Assembly (NCBI GenBank): GCA_002245135.1 | Contig: NGBS01000034.1 | Span: forward strand, 1-64,000 | Direction of reading: 5' to 3' | Length of the DNA stretch: 64,000 nucleotides | Source: Proteromonas lacertae | Taxonomy: Eukaryota | Part shown: positions 47,990 to 59,947 of the stretch, one piece after another | Position numbering within the stretch: position 1 is the stretch's first letter | Layout: each line of letters starts with the position of its first letter | Notes under the pieces: model-generated | Told to the model about the DNA's origin: nothing | What the model saw: the letters and a program-made list of their open reading frames with translations, nothing else | Databases searched by the model: none | Program-made: the position numbers and the translations under genes

Positions 47990-48627
47990 TGTTGTGCGCC
48001 ATTTGTCATAGTTGGCCGTTTGTTTACCAGACACTTTTAAAACAAACTAAATGTATATTCTTACTTGTCTTGATGAAAAATTGTTACTTTTATACTTACT
48101 TTGTTATATGACCTACCTCTGCACTATACTTTTTTGTTAATATAAATAGTTTGAATATTTGCGCCGTTTGTCTTCTAGAAATTTTTGAAGCAAACTAAAT
48201 GCATATTTAGCTAATATAGACTAAAATACATTAGATGAAATGATTAGAATATAATAATTTTTAAATCTTTCTATATAAAAAAAGAAATGTAAAAAATAGG
48301 CTTGAGTGAGGGTTGATTCTATATTATCTTTTTTCATTTTAAATGTCTTATGATCAACATTAAGTTGTACTAGTCATTTCATCTAATGTATTTTAGTCTA
48401 TATTAGCTAAATATGCATTTAGTTTGCTTCAAAAATTTCTAGAAGACAAACGGCGCAAATATTCAAACTATTTATATTAACAAAAAAGTATAGTGCAGAG
48501 GTAGGTCATATAACAAAGTAAGTATAAAAGTAACAATTTTTCATCAAGACAAGTAAGAATATACATTTAGTTTGTTTTAAAAGTGTCTGGTAAACAAACG
48601 GCCAACTATGACAAACGGCGCACAACA
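47990..48627. mobile_element. 638 bp foldback MITE (~260 bp TIRs, TGT...ACA termini)
   Basis: Near-perfect long inverted arms around a ~115 bp spacer; near-identical to 52249-52886. Confidence 0.92.
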
Positions 48628-48772
48628 AAAGTAAACCATTGTATGACATTCTGTATTCAAAAAAGTAAATTTCTACAACTAAATTTCTGTTACATATATC
48701 AGAGAAATTATCTATACTGAATCTCTTTTTGTAATCATTTTTATCTCCATGTTTGAATTTGTAGTTTATATT
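48628..48772. repeat. 145 bp inverted repeat (partner 52104-52248) on the inner side of the MITEs
   Basis: Reverse-complement match with one mismatch seen. Confidence 0.9.
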
Positions 48773-49239
48773 TAAATATTGACTTTTCAGAAGAGAATAT
48801 TCCATTTGTTTGGTAATATATCTAAAGAATTTATCAAAAGATTTAGAATATTCTCTTCTGAAACATCTTGAATATATTAATGGATAGGTGATTGTCCTTC
48901 TCTATTTTAATAATCGATTTATAGTATTATAAAGGATTGGAGATGATTTCACTTAGCAGTAGGAATCTAATAAAGCTAATAAAGCGATGTAAAGGGAAAT
49001 GCTAGGTAACATTCTTGATAAAAAAACAAAGTTCTTATCAACGCGGTAAAGTCAAGGACAATGATGTTTTCCCTTGCTCTTGGGAATATCATCGGATGAT
49101 AAGAAGGATAGATTACATTTCATTAGATCGAAAGAGTGTTGAGTTAATGAAGACAATCTATAGCAATGGTAAAGGCGCTGTAAGAGATCATCCTGTAGTA
49201 GAAATCCTGTAAGATTAATCCTTTAATCTAGAATACTAT

Positions 49240-50091
49240 CTAGATGCATGGACTACCATAGTCATTATAATAATATTTTTCTATATTCTTATATTTCTTT
49301 ACTTTCTCATCATAGTATGGATCATAGAAACATTCATTTCTTATATTCATTTTAGGTAATTTACATTTTCTATAACCGTTCTTTGTTAATAACTTTGTTA
49401 CATATTCATCTTTTATCTTATTTTTACTATTAAATTCAATAACCCAATAATGAACTCTTATATTAAAATCAAATGTGTCTAGCACCATATATTCTGCTCC
49501 TTCGACATCAAGTGAGAAAAAATCTATATGAGTAACACCAGTACTATAAAATATTTCCTTTATGTTTGTACATGTCACATTTACTGTCTTTTTCATAGTT
49601 CTATTATTTTTATTCCAAAATGGGTTATTTTCTTTTAGTCCACCCATTCCCCACACATCAAAAAACTCTGCTGTTTTAGGAAAATATGGACATACAGCTG
49701 TACAGAATATTTCAGATCTTCTCCTCTTAATACTCAATAATTTTCTACAGTTAGATGGTAATCCCTCAATTAATATTCCTCTCCACCCTAATTCTTTTTC
49801 ATAGAATAGTGTATTACTATATTTTCCATCTAAAGCGCCTATTTCAACAAATATTCCATTAGTTTGGATTTGAGGTTTGGAAAAATATAAATCAAAATAG
49901 ATTTTATCTTCTTTGCATTGAGAATAAAAAGTTTTAGTAAAATTATCAATGCTTTGAATAGGACATTTCCATAGATTTCTATAAAATGATCCATAATTAT
50001 GAATATGATTGAATTTTGACCTTTTAACATTAATAGTAGCATTTATATAAACTATTACAATAATTATAATAAATATAATATATTTTAACAT
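49240..50091 (-). CDS. FkbM (Methyltransf_21) family methyltransferase, type II membrane protein
   Basis: YSQCKED, FVEIGALDG..SNT, GWRGILIEG, IDFFSLDVEGAE. Confidence 0.9.
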   Translation of the reverse strand: MLKYIIFIIIIVIVYINATINVKRSKFNHIHNYGSFYRNLWKCPIQSIDNFTKTFYSQCKEDKIYFDLYFSKPQIQTNGIFVEIGALDGKYSNTLFYEKELGWRGILIEGLPSNCRKLLSIKRRRSEIFCTAVCPYFPKTAEFFDVWGMGGLKENNPFWNKNNRTMKKTVNVTCTNIKEIFYSTGVTHIDFFSLDVEGAEYMVLDTFDFNIRVHYWVIEFNSKNKIKDEYVTKLLTKNGYRKCKLPKMNIRNECFYDPYYDEKVKKYKNIEKYYYNDYGSPCI

Positions 50092-50261
50092 AACAAATCC
50101 AAAATATATATTTTCTATTCTCCTTCAAATAAGTGATTGAACTTCTTGGATTCCTATTTCGTCTAGTTAAAAGGTGATCTTGAGAGTAATGAACCTTGGG
50201 ATATGACTGAATAGGAACAAGCTTTATCAACAAGATAATAAACATTAATAAATGTATATAA

Positions 50262-51293
50262 TTATTCATATATTCTTGTTGATAAATAATAAATAGCGCC
50301 AGGCTCAATTTGGTGAATAAATAGTATATTACGTTTAAATGATGTAATATTTGTAATATTAGTGTATTTAAAATACATAATAAATGCAGTTATACTGCTA
50401 AGATTAGTAAGATTGGTATAACTTAATAGCATTCCTAAATATACATCGTCCATAAATGGTATTGTCTTTACATAATTTGATGCATCTATAATCTTCTTAA
50501 CTGTATGTTGATGTAAGAATATATGGGTTATTAAAGGAAAATCTGGCCATATTTCTGTTTTATTATATATAGATTTAGGTATATACCAAGTATTACCTTT
50601 CTCTCTTCTTACAGGTTCATTCTTTCTAATAAATGAAATAATAGGTAAATTATTAACCTTATTTTCGTAATGTAGCTGAAAATAAGGAATATTTACGAAT
50701 GTATCACTTTGTTGCATTAAAATATATCTATAACTCATGCAATTATCATTTAACCATTTCATAGTCATTATTAATTGAATTGAATTGTTATAATAACTGC
50801 TATAATAATCAAATATAATCATGTCATTGTATTTGTTATTTTCTTCAAATATTAATTGATTTAATGTTTTATTTCTAGATATACCTAAAAAGAAGTATAG
50901 AGGATACTTGTTCTTATATACCGAATATGATTTTCTATAGGAGTATCTATTTATAAATGAATCACATGCAGAAAGTACAGAAATGATTAGTGTAGATGAT
51001 CTACATTTTTTTGTAGTTTGGATTATAGTTGAAAATTTAATTGGATATTTACATAAATAAGATTTATATTTTGACGGAAAATGATTAACTTTACGGCGTT
51101 TTTCAAAATTGTAGCCACATTTTATAGGATATACATCAGAGCAATTGTCATATACTTTATGTAGTTGCAACAATTTTTGATTCAATTCTTTATCCATTCT
51201 GTAAAATTCTCCTAAATTTTCTCTTTTATTTTCTATAATTTTATTTAAAACAAATAATATGAATAATAAAGATAAGAAATTAATAGTTTTCAT
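50262..51293 (-). CDS. GT31 galactosyltransferase-like protein with degenerate DxD
   Basis: EENNKYNDMI, SSYYNNS, QQSDTFVNI, PVRREKGNTWYIP, MDDVYLG. Confidence 0.85.
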   Translation of the reverse strand: MKTINFLSLLFILFVLNKIIENKRENLGEFYRMDKELNQKLLQLHKVYDNCSDVYPIKCGYNFEKRRKVNHFPSKYKSYLCKYPIKFSTIIQTTKKCRSSTLIISVLSACDSFINRYSYRKSYSVYKNKYPLYFFLGISRNKTLNQLIFEENNKYNDMIIFDYYSSYYNNSIQLIMTMKWLNDNCMSYRYILMQQSDTFVNIPYFQLHYENKVNNLPIISFIRKNEPVRREKGNTWYIPKSIYNKTEIWPDFPLITHIFLHQHTVKKIIDASNYVKTIPFMDDVYLGMLLSYTNLTNLSSITAFIMYFKYTNITNITSFKRNILFIHQIEPGAIYYLSTRIYE

Positions 51294-51498
51294 ATATTTA
51301 ACTTTTTTGTAATTTAATTTACACTTTCTAGATCAAGAGTTGACTATTAAGGGGATTTATCGATTGCATCTAGAAGGGGAAATACATCTACAACACTCGC
51401 TAAAACACTAGAGTAGCAATTTCGGAAAAGTTATTCATATAAATCATCTAGGTAAGTTCATCTTGGCCTTCTTGTTATTGCCGGAATCCTTATAACCG

Positions 51499-51660
51499 AG
51501 GGTTCTCTCCGAAGATATCATAGTAGTAGATTTGCCTTCAATCATCATCCACTACTAAGGCAACCCAATGCCCGATCTTATTCTCGGCAAATTGTCTATT
51601 GAAGTCATTGTACTCTTCCTTAATCAGTCTCTCGATATCGAAGTTACTTAAGGCATCATC
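51499..51660 (-). pseudogene. Remnant of a third adenain-like viral protease
   Basis: Manual translation DDALSNFDIERLIKEEYNDF...IGHWVALVVDDD*RQIYYYDIFGENP matches the 25897-26580 protein. Confidence 0.8.
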
Positions 51661-52103
51661 ATGTCCTTTTTGTACAGAACGTGTAGTTTAACATATCCTT
51701 TTTTGTCCTTAATTTTTGAGTTTAAGTTTCTGTTTTTAATATAAAAATACTGCAATAACATTAAATAAGCTTAATATTTAATAATGCATACTATAATTAT
51801 GTCATTTTTGTATATCCTAAATAATATCTATCAAAAATCTATTTAAGCCATATTTGTAATATCTATGAATAATATTTAACATGCTAATACCACTTAGAGT
51901 ACTCTGTATAGTTTAATGAAATATATCCCCATATACAAACACTCATCGCATAAGATATTATAATTAATGCTAAGTTATTAGATGATAGAAGTTTTGAACA
52001 TATGTTCATGAATTAAGCAGAAATAGCACTACTTTAATCAATGCATACTATTATTAAATCAGTGAAGATATATTTGAAGTGAAGCGAAAATGATAATATA
52101 AAG

Positions 52104-52248
52104 AATATAAACTACAAATTCAAACATGGAGATAAAAATGATTATAAAAAGAGATTCAGTATAGATAATTTCTCTGATATATGTAACAGAAATTTAGTTG
52201 TAGAAATTTACTTTTTTGAATACAGAATGTCATACAATGGTTTACTTT
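52104..52248. repeat. 145 bp inverted repeat (partner 48628-48772)
   Basis: Reverse-complement match. Confidence 0.9.
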
Positions 52249-52886
52249 TGTTGTGCGCCGTTTGTCATAGTTGGCCGTTTGTTTACCAGACACTTTTAAA
52301 ACAAACTAAATGTATATTCTTACTTGTCTTGATGAAAAATTGTTACTTTTATACTTACTTTGTTATATGACCTACCTCTGCACTATACTTTTTTGTTAAT
52401 ATAAATAGTTTGAATATTTGCGCCGTTTGTCTTCTAGAAATTTTTGAAGCAAACTAAATGCATATTTAGCTAATATAGACTAAAATACATTAGATGAAAT
52501 GATTAGAATATAATAATTTTTAAATCTTTCTATATAAAAAAAGAAATGTAAAAAATAGGCTTGAGTGAGGGTTGATTCTATATTATCTTTTTTCATTTTA
52601 AATGTCTTATGATCAACATTAAGTTGTACTAGTCATTTCATCTAATGTATTTTAGTCTATATTAGCTAAATATGCATTTAGTTTGCTTCAAAAATTTCTA
52701 GAAGACAAACGGCGCAAATATTCAAACTATTTATATTAACAAAAAAGTATAGTGCAGAGGTAGGTCATATAACAAAGTAAGTATAAAAGTAACAATTTTT
52801 CATCAAGACAAGTAAGAATATACATTTAGTTTGTTTTAAAAGTGTCTGGTTGACAAACGGCCAACTATGACAAACGGCGCACAACA
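52249..52886. mobile_element. 638 bp foldback MITE
   Basis: TGTTGTGCGCCG...CGGCGCACAACA; near-identical to 47990-48627. Confidence 0.92.
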
Positions 52887-53318
52887 ACATTCTTCCATTT
52901 TATTGAAAGAATTTCTCCGTCGAAAAAGTAATACATTCATACAGGAGAAACAGATTAAAATATGAATTAGTTGAAAGAAATAAGTGAGAACAAGAACAAA
53001 ATGTAGGAAGTTATGAAGATGATGAGCAAAGCGAAGATGATGATGAAAGTAAAGAAGGTAGTCCAGATTATTAATGATAATATTAATTATCTGTATTCTT
53101 TTTATGAATGTTTTAATAAACAAAAAATCACATAAATTATTTATTAAACAAAAATGTAATATCAAATGTTTACAAAAAGGACAAATTACTGTCCTTTATC
53201 ATACTCTTGTCCCGAACATGTCCTACTTGTTCTACTAATGATATAAATACCATTAATAGAACAAACAAAACAATTAAAATTATACACGAATATTAATACA
53301 AGATTTTTATGACTAGTT

Positions 53319-54335
53319 ATGTTTGTTCAATTTGTATTAACAATAGTGTTTATAATTTATTTATATTACAATATATTCATAAATAGAATTATAAGAATAT
53401 TTATAGCAAACAGTTTTCATGGATGGTCTACGCATTATCAATGTGGAGAATATAAATGTAAAACTAAATTGAAGTGTATTATTACTAACAATTTCTCTAG
53501 TAAAATTGATAACGCAATATATAATGCTTGGAGTATCTATAAAGAATATAATTTTTCCATAAAGCAAAAGAAAATATTATGGTCTTTAGAAAAAATATCA
53601 TGGAAGAAGGAATTGATAAAAATAGGTTTAGGTAATAGCAATAACTATTATGGAGCAATTGATTATAGATTATTTTATTCATCACATCATTTTTCTGATT
53701 CATATTTAGGAGGAATTAAAATGTCATTAATGCAGTTTATTATTAATGCAAATATGAATATAAAATCCTTAAAAGCATTTATGAAAAGAAAATCAATTAT
53801 ATATATTCAAAAAAAAGACTATTCAAGGAGGAATAAGATAGTGAAAGAAATGATGAAATATTTAGACATAGATTCTTATGGAAAAAGTCTAAATAATAAA
53901 GAATGGCCGTTAGGAAAGACAAAAATTGATTTAATTAAGCAGTACAAATTTTGTTTAGCTATTGAAAATTCAATACAGACTAGCACATATAATAACTTTT
54001 ATTCAGATGATATTGATGAAGATTATTCAACTGAAAAGTTAATTGATTGTCTTGCTGGAGGATCAATACCTATATATTACGGACCTAAAAATTCATATAT
54101 ATTTTTGCCTAATAATAACAGCGCAATAATTATGGGTAGATTTAATAACTTGAAGGATATAGTTATGTATATTAAGCTAATAGAGCATTCTGAAAGTGAA
54201 TTATCGAAATATATATCTTGGCCTAACACATTTTTAAAATCATGGTATAAGAGGTTTTCTAATACATTTAAATATTCTGTATGTAAACTTTGTGAATGGG
54301 GATATAAGAACAATATGCTCAGTAGAAATATTTAA
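53319..54335 (+). CDS. GT10 alpha-1,3/1,4-fucosyltransferase
   Basis: TM segment; IDSYGK, YKFCLAIENS, DYSTEKL, GSIPIYYG, CKLC. Confidence 0.9.
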   Translation: MFVQFVLTIVFIIYLYYNIFINRIIRIFIANSFHGWSTHYQCGEYKCKTKLKCIITNNFSSKIDNAIYNAWSIYKEYNFSIKQKKILWSLEKISWKKELIKIGLGNSNNYYGAIDYRLFYSSHHFSDSYLGGIKMSLMQFIINANMNIKSLKAFMKRKSIIYIQKKDYSRRNKIVKEMMKYLDIDSYGKSLNNKEWPLGKTKIDLIKQYKFCLAIENSIQTSTYNNFYSDDIDEDYSTEKLIDCLAGGSIPIYYGPKNSYIFLPNNNSAIIMGRFNNLKDIVMYIKLIEHSESELSKYISWPNTFLKSWYKRFSNTFKYSVCKLCEWGYKNNMLSRNI

Positions 54336-54612
54336 TTATACAATCAAAACATGTTATTAGCCTAGATCGACATGGTAAGTTGACAAAACCGCTCAAAATA
54401 AATCCTAAGCTACAGGAAAATTGCAAGATCCACTTGACAGTAACCATTTATATTTTGATCTAATATATTATTATTGTTAATATCATCATATTATGCATGA
54501 ATAAATATTCATTTTGTCTTAAAACATTTTATCATGATAAATATTAAATATATTTATAAGTACTATTAAAATTGCGGATTGTCATTAAAAATTTAATTCA
54601 GCTTTTGCTAAA

Positions 54613-56161
54613 ATGAGTGCAGATGATATACAAGCTGCTCTTAATCCAAGTATGACATCAAGACTAAGAGATCCTTTTCATTTAAACAAATCTGATATTG
54701 AATACCGAGAAAAAGTTGGTTTACAGAAGGAAGTATTAAACAATGATTATACAATTGGATTGAATAATATGTATAATAACATGAAGGATAACAATTTGGA
54801 AAAAGCATACAAATGGAAAGCATATTCACAACAGCTTGGAAGAAGACTAAGATCTGATGATGAAATTAAAAAAAGAGCTGATCTTAATAGACTTTTGAGT
54901 ATTGATCCTAATCTAACTGATAGAGCAAGACAATTACATGATATAGAAACATGTGAAATAGATGAAAATAGAAGAATCTTAATTCCAGATGAACAAGCAT
55001 TTATAAAAGATGACATCATTGAACATGAAAATACTCCTGAAAGAATCAATCATGAATTGAATGATAAAATGTTAGGTCATAAAGTTCCGGTAGATTGGAA
55101 GGATGGTGATATGCAAGATAAGATAAAAATTGGTTGGGAGTTACTTAAAAATGCCTGCAGTCAGTGGCAAGAATTCGAAGGTAGTCAGTTCCAGAAGGCA
55201 TTTTATTCATTGGATGAAGGTGACTTCATAGAGTTCGGTCATAACTTGTACTTGTGCGTGAAGAATATTTTTAGAATTTTCCCTATCATATTTTATACAT
55301 TCAAGAGTTATTTACATGGTGGTGTCACTCCTAATATGACTGAAGTTGATAAAGCTATGCAATATGCAAACTGTATTATAATTACATGTATAGCATTTTG
55401 GTTATGGAAGAAGGGAAGTTAGGAAATTTTGGATTCGTGACAGTGTTATGGTGCTACATATTTGACTACTATGTTATAATACAAAAGATAACTGGTAATC
55501 GTTTACCTGACATAACTACCTTAGCGAATAACAATTATGATACAGTGAATAAAATGTTAACTACAACACTTCAAAATTCATGGTTACCTATGCAATTCAT
55601 ATACAATTGTACTTCATTCTTATTCAACTCACATCCTTATGTTAAAATATTAGCCAATGCTGCACCCTTCTTTTTCAAATATGCAAAGTTCGGCAAGCTA
55701 GATACTAAGTGGAGGTAAAGCAAAAGGTATGAAAGGTTTCTTAGGTAAAGTAGGTACATGGGGAACAGTACTTAGTGCCTTCGGTGCATGTGTTGGATTG
55801 ATAGTACCTAGTGCATTATCTACATTTTTAAGTACAGGAACTATTCCTCAGGACAATCCTGTATACAGTCCTGGTAATACACTCAATACTCCAAATGGCT
55901 TATCAAACTTCGTGACTAATGGATTGCAACTACAGGAAATATGGCAAATAATGAAAGCACTAAGTTATGCAGGTAAAGGTAAAGGTAAAAAGAATAAACT
56001 ATGTTCACGAAGGATACTTTTGTCTAACATTAATAGCAAAGACGCATTATCGAACTTTGATATTAAATAGAAAAAGAACATTCAAGCAGGCTACAGATTT
56101 TAATACAGTGGTAGGTGAGAAAAGAGTAGCAATGATGAAAAAAGAGTTTGGAATAGAATAG
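54613..56161 (+). pseudogene. Fragmented viral gene: hydrophobic N-terminal region running into an internally deleted adenain-like protease
   Basis: ALSYAGKG..SRRILL..DALSNFDIK matches the protease N-terminus and FKQATDFNTVVGE..MKKEFG matches its C-terminus; the catalytic core between them is absent. Confidence 0.7.
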
Positions 56162-56231
56162 AATTTATTATAGGGATTACCTCTTCTATTGCTTTATCTA
56201 ACTCTTCTTTAAGACACTGAATAGCTAATCT

Positions 56232-58810
56232 CTAACTATCTAAACGATTCATCAATTCAAATACTTGTTCATCCAAACCTAAATTGTATGTTTCATTGAG
56301 CTTCTTACAACGATCTGGTGGATCTATATCAACTTCTAATATATAACCCCTACTCTCTGGATCTTTCCATAACTTCTGATCTTCTGGATTTGAAGAATGT
56401 GCTATATCTTCATGAGGTTTCATTTTTCGAATGACATCCACATATATTTCTGGTTTCTCCCATCTAAAATCTTTATATGGTAATTTCATTGAAACAACTC
56501 AATCTTTACATTGCACCTTCTTAGAAATATAGACCATGTTGAATCTGGACAACTAACATGCCAACATGGATCTAATAAAAAATGAGTAAACACCACATTT
56601 TTAAAGTGATCGAACACACTAGTAAGTGTTAATACATCCATTGCAAGATAAAGCAAGTTGTATTACATTAGATCATTCATCTCCAATAACTTCCGCAGTG
56701 CTTGACAAGAGTCATAGATATATTGTGGTATTTCTTCTTCCTGTTTCTATTTACATTTGAACGCTTCTCTTGGTGGTAACTCTTTTGTATTGTACAACTT
56801 ATCCACATGATCAACATATTCATAAGAAAAGTGACCCTTCTGCAATCCCCATTTCATCATGAAATCATTCACTGTCCAATTTTGGTCTTTCAAACACTTT
56901 TGTATCTTTGGATCTTCTCTTACATATTGACACACTGGATGGAATAACTTTTAATACTCACCACCTGATTCAGCTTCTATCTTTAAGGATTGAACTATAC
57001 TATCTAGTGATGAAGACATGAACTGATAACTATCAATGAAGTGTAGCTTCTTAAACTTTATCATTAAGAACTTAGTGTCAGTCTCTAATAGAACTGATAA
57101 CTTTGATCTATACTTTCTTTTATTATTATTGTTATTATTCTTTAGTGGAGTTGTTATTAGTTGAGATGTTACTATATTTCCCATTTCTTCTTCTAAACCA
57201 TGATCTTCAGCTGTTCTTGGTGATAAGTATTCTTCTCTACTATGTAACATATAATATAACTCATTAAAAGCTTCTTCGTTGTTGGGATCGTTTTCATCTA
57301 CTATTTCAATTGTATTTGGTGGTTCTATTGGTAATGGTATTTCTTCTTCATCTTCATAATCTTCTTGAGTTGATATATCTACTAATCTATCTTCTTCTTC
57401 CTCTTCTTGTTTCTTTTCTTCTTCAATACCTCTATTTTATTCAGCTAATCTTTCATCAACAGTTGTTGTTGTTGTTGTTGTATCTGGTACAAGTATTGAT
57501 GATGGTGGTTATGGTGGTTGTTCTGGTTGTTGTTCTAATGATTCATTACACTCTGCTTCCATTTCTTTTTCTAGCTTTGATAATCCACGTATTATAAAGT
57601 TATTATCATAGTTCTTACTATTATGTGCAACACAAAGTGTTGAAAGATGTTGTAAGCTACAGTGCCAATTACAGTTTGAACATAAGGTTGCAATATACTT
57701 ACCTGGAAAATGGTCATGATGTCTTGTACATCTTCAATTCTTATCATTTTCATCAAATGGAGTGTTACACCGCATACACTTTGTTATTTTTCTATGCAAA
57801 GGTATATAAGTAGTTTCATCCAAAGGCTTTAACTTTCCACTCTTATAATCTTCATATTTGGATAATACATACTCTTTAATTTCTACAAACTTTCTGACCT
57901 AACTTACCAAAGAAAGTTTCTTCGCTTATAATATCATGATACCTTGAACTTATATGTATACACCAACTACTTAATACATGTTTGCTATACACACCTTTTG
58001 CACCAGGTATTGCTTTTGAATCATCTATTGGTACTTGTATTACTTCTGTATCCCAGTATAACACAACAGGAATCATTTGTATAAACTTATAGTTATGGAA
58101 ATCCAAGAAAGTATCTGGTGGTGGGAATTGACGAATGACTCCTCTTTGTAATTTACAACTAGTTGAATTGTGGAGTTTGAATGCTTGATCTGTTGATAAA
58201 GTACAAAAGCAGTATGGACATCTAGTGTAGTAATTATGACAACGCTTATTGTATGGTGCTAGGAATGCTTCTAACTTTGTAATTGTCATAAAATGTTCTT
58301 TGTAAAACAATATGTTGACATGTGGATAGTGTAACATTTTATCTATTGAAGTTCCATACAGAGGTATTGGTTCTTTATCTATTATAGTAAATATATTGAT
58401 AGTTATATGATTCATTTCTTCAAACGCTTCAATTCTATCGCTATCATTAACAGACTGGAAACTTTAAAGATGTTAAATTCATTCTATAAACATACTCTTT
58501 ATACTTCATAGCTCTATTACGATGATCTCTAAACTCCATATGATGAAGTCCTGCTGCAACACTTTATATAAAACACATACTCTCAACTTCCTTACTATAA
58601 TTGGTTAAGTTAATTAAACACTTTCTTCTTGCTAAACTTTCAGGTAATAGTATATTCACATTGTCTGTAGCTGATCCAGTACTTAATGACTTTCTCTGTA
58701 TTGAATATATTATTGAAATCTCTTCCCATTATTCTATTCAATTTTTGACAGCCATTACAACAATGGGGATCACAGTACAATGTAAATTCATATCAATCCA
58801 ATCCAAGATG
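56232..58810 (-). pseudogene. Protein-primed family B DNA polymerase (Polinton type), fragmented
   Basis: YWDTE (ExoI), CMRC..HHDHFPGKY..LCSNCN (endonuclease VII-like insert), AHNSKNYD (ExoII), FIDSYQFMSSSLD, KGHFSYEY, YLAMDV (ExoIII), LPYKDFRW, GYILEVD; palm motifs B and C not seen. Confidence 0.88.
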
Positions 58811-58874
58811 GAATAATAATGCTAGTACAACACAAAAAGAGCACGAGTATAAATTACAACAAGAAAATGAAATA

Positions 58875-59488
58875 GTGAAAGCAAGGAATGAAGAATATCA
58901 GAGAAAGATAGCAACAATGGAAGAAAGAGAAAAAGAGTCATTAATTGCAAAAATTGATGAATATTTCTCAGGTAATACAACATACGATTGGTTGAAATTT
59001 GGTGTAAAGTTCTGCTTATGTACTATGACATTAGGTTCTATTTCACAAGTGTTTGATATACTATTTCCTGATAGTACTGCTGGTGCAATATTAAAGTATT
59101 TAGTAAATGCAGGAATAGGATATAGTGGTGTTATGCAATGGATATTTGGTTTATCCCCAGCATGGGTTAATGCAGCATCTTTTTGGTATATAATCGTTGG
59201 AAACAAGTTCCTCCAATGGATATGTCACAATGGATTCATTCTAAGTTAGATAGTATAATGGGTTTCTTTACTACATCACTAAGCAATATATACAATTGGT
59301 TCAGAGGTATATTTGGTGCTACTCCTACAACAACAAATTCGACGAGTGCGCCGGCCACTTCAAATATTCAAGCATCGAATGTTACAACTGGGGCCAGTTC
59401 TAATAATACAGCTAATAGTATTACAACTGCCCCCAGTTATAATAATACAACTTCAATACCTGCAACTGGTGCAGGTTATAATAATTAA
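58875..59488 (+). pseudogene. Frameshifted membrane protein with Thr/Ser/Asn-rich tail
   Basis: Overlapping ORFs 58875-59249 and 59183-59488; hydrophobic helices. Confidence 0.45.
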
Positions 59489-59525
59489 AGCTCAAATGTT
59501 GCAAACTCCCATACCTATTCAATAG

Positions 59526-59810
59526 ATGTGGACAAAGTATAGTGATAAGAGATATTACATGATGCTTTTCGATATTAAACCATCAGTAAAACCAAAAGGA
59601 TTAAATAGACATTATTTTGCAGTGTTTGATAAGTATATTGAGTGGTTAACACTACCTGAAGGAATGGGAAGTGTTCATTTGAAGAAGAATCCTATGCTGA
59701 AACATTATGTAAAGAAGAATTATATATTTGATGATAGTGATGATGAGGAAGAAGAAGTACAAGAAGAAGTTAAAGGAAATAATGATCAAACTACGATAAA
59801 CATACTCTAA
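59526..59810 (+). CDS. Small acidic-tailed protein or exon, near-identical to 47103-47357
   Basis: Direct sequence similarity. Confidence 0.55.
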   Translation: MWTKYSDKRYYMMLFDIKPSVKPKGLNRHYFAVFDKYIEWLTLPEGMGSVHLKKNPMLKHYVKKNYIFDDSDDEEEEVQEEVKGNNDQTTINIL

Positions 59811-59947
59811 ATTTTAAAACGAATCTTTATCTTAAAATGATTTGGAACAGGGTTTAAAAATATGCGTAATTTAATAAAAATCACATAACATAATAAAAAT
59901 ATAATAAAAACATAATAAAAAATATAATAACCATAATATAATTATTA

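Noticed and set aside
48506..48805. ORFs running through MITE arms (also 15805-16005 and 52836-53165)
   Set aside because: They translate repeat sequence and are not credible genes
57310..57813. Hydrophobic plus-strand ORFs
   Set aside because: Antisense to low-complexity and motif-bearing parts of the pPolB remnant
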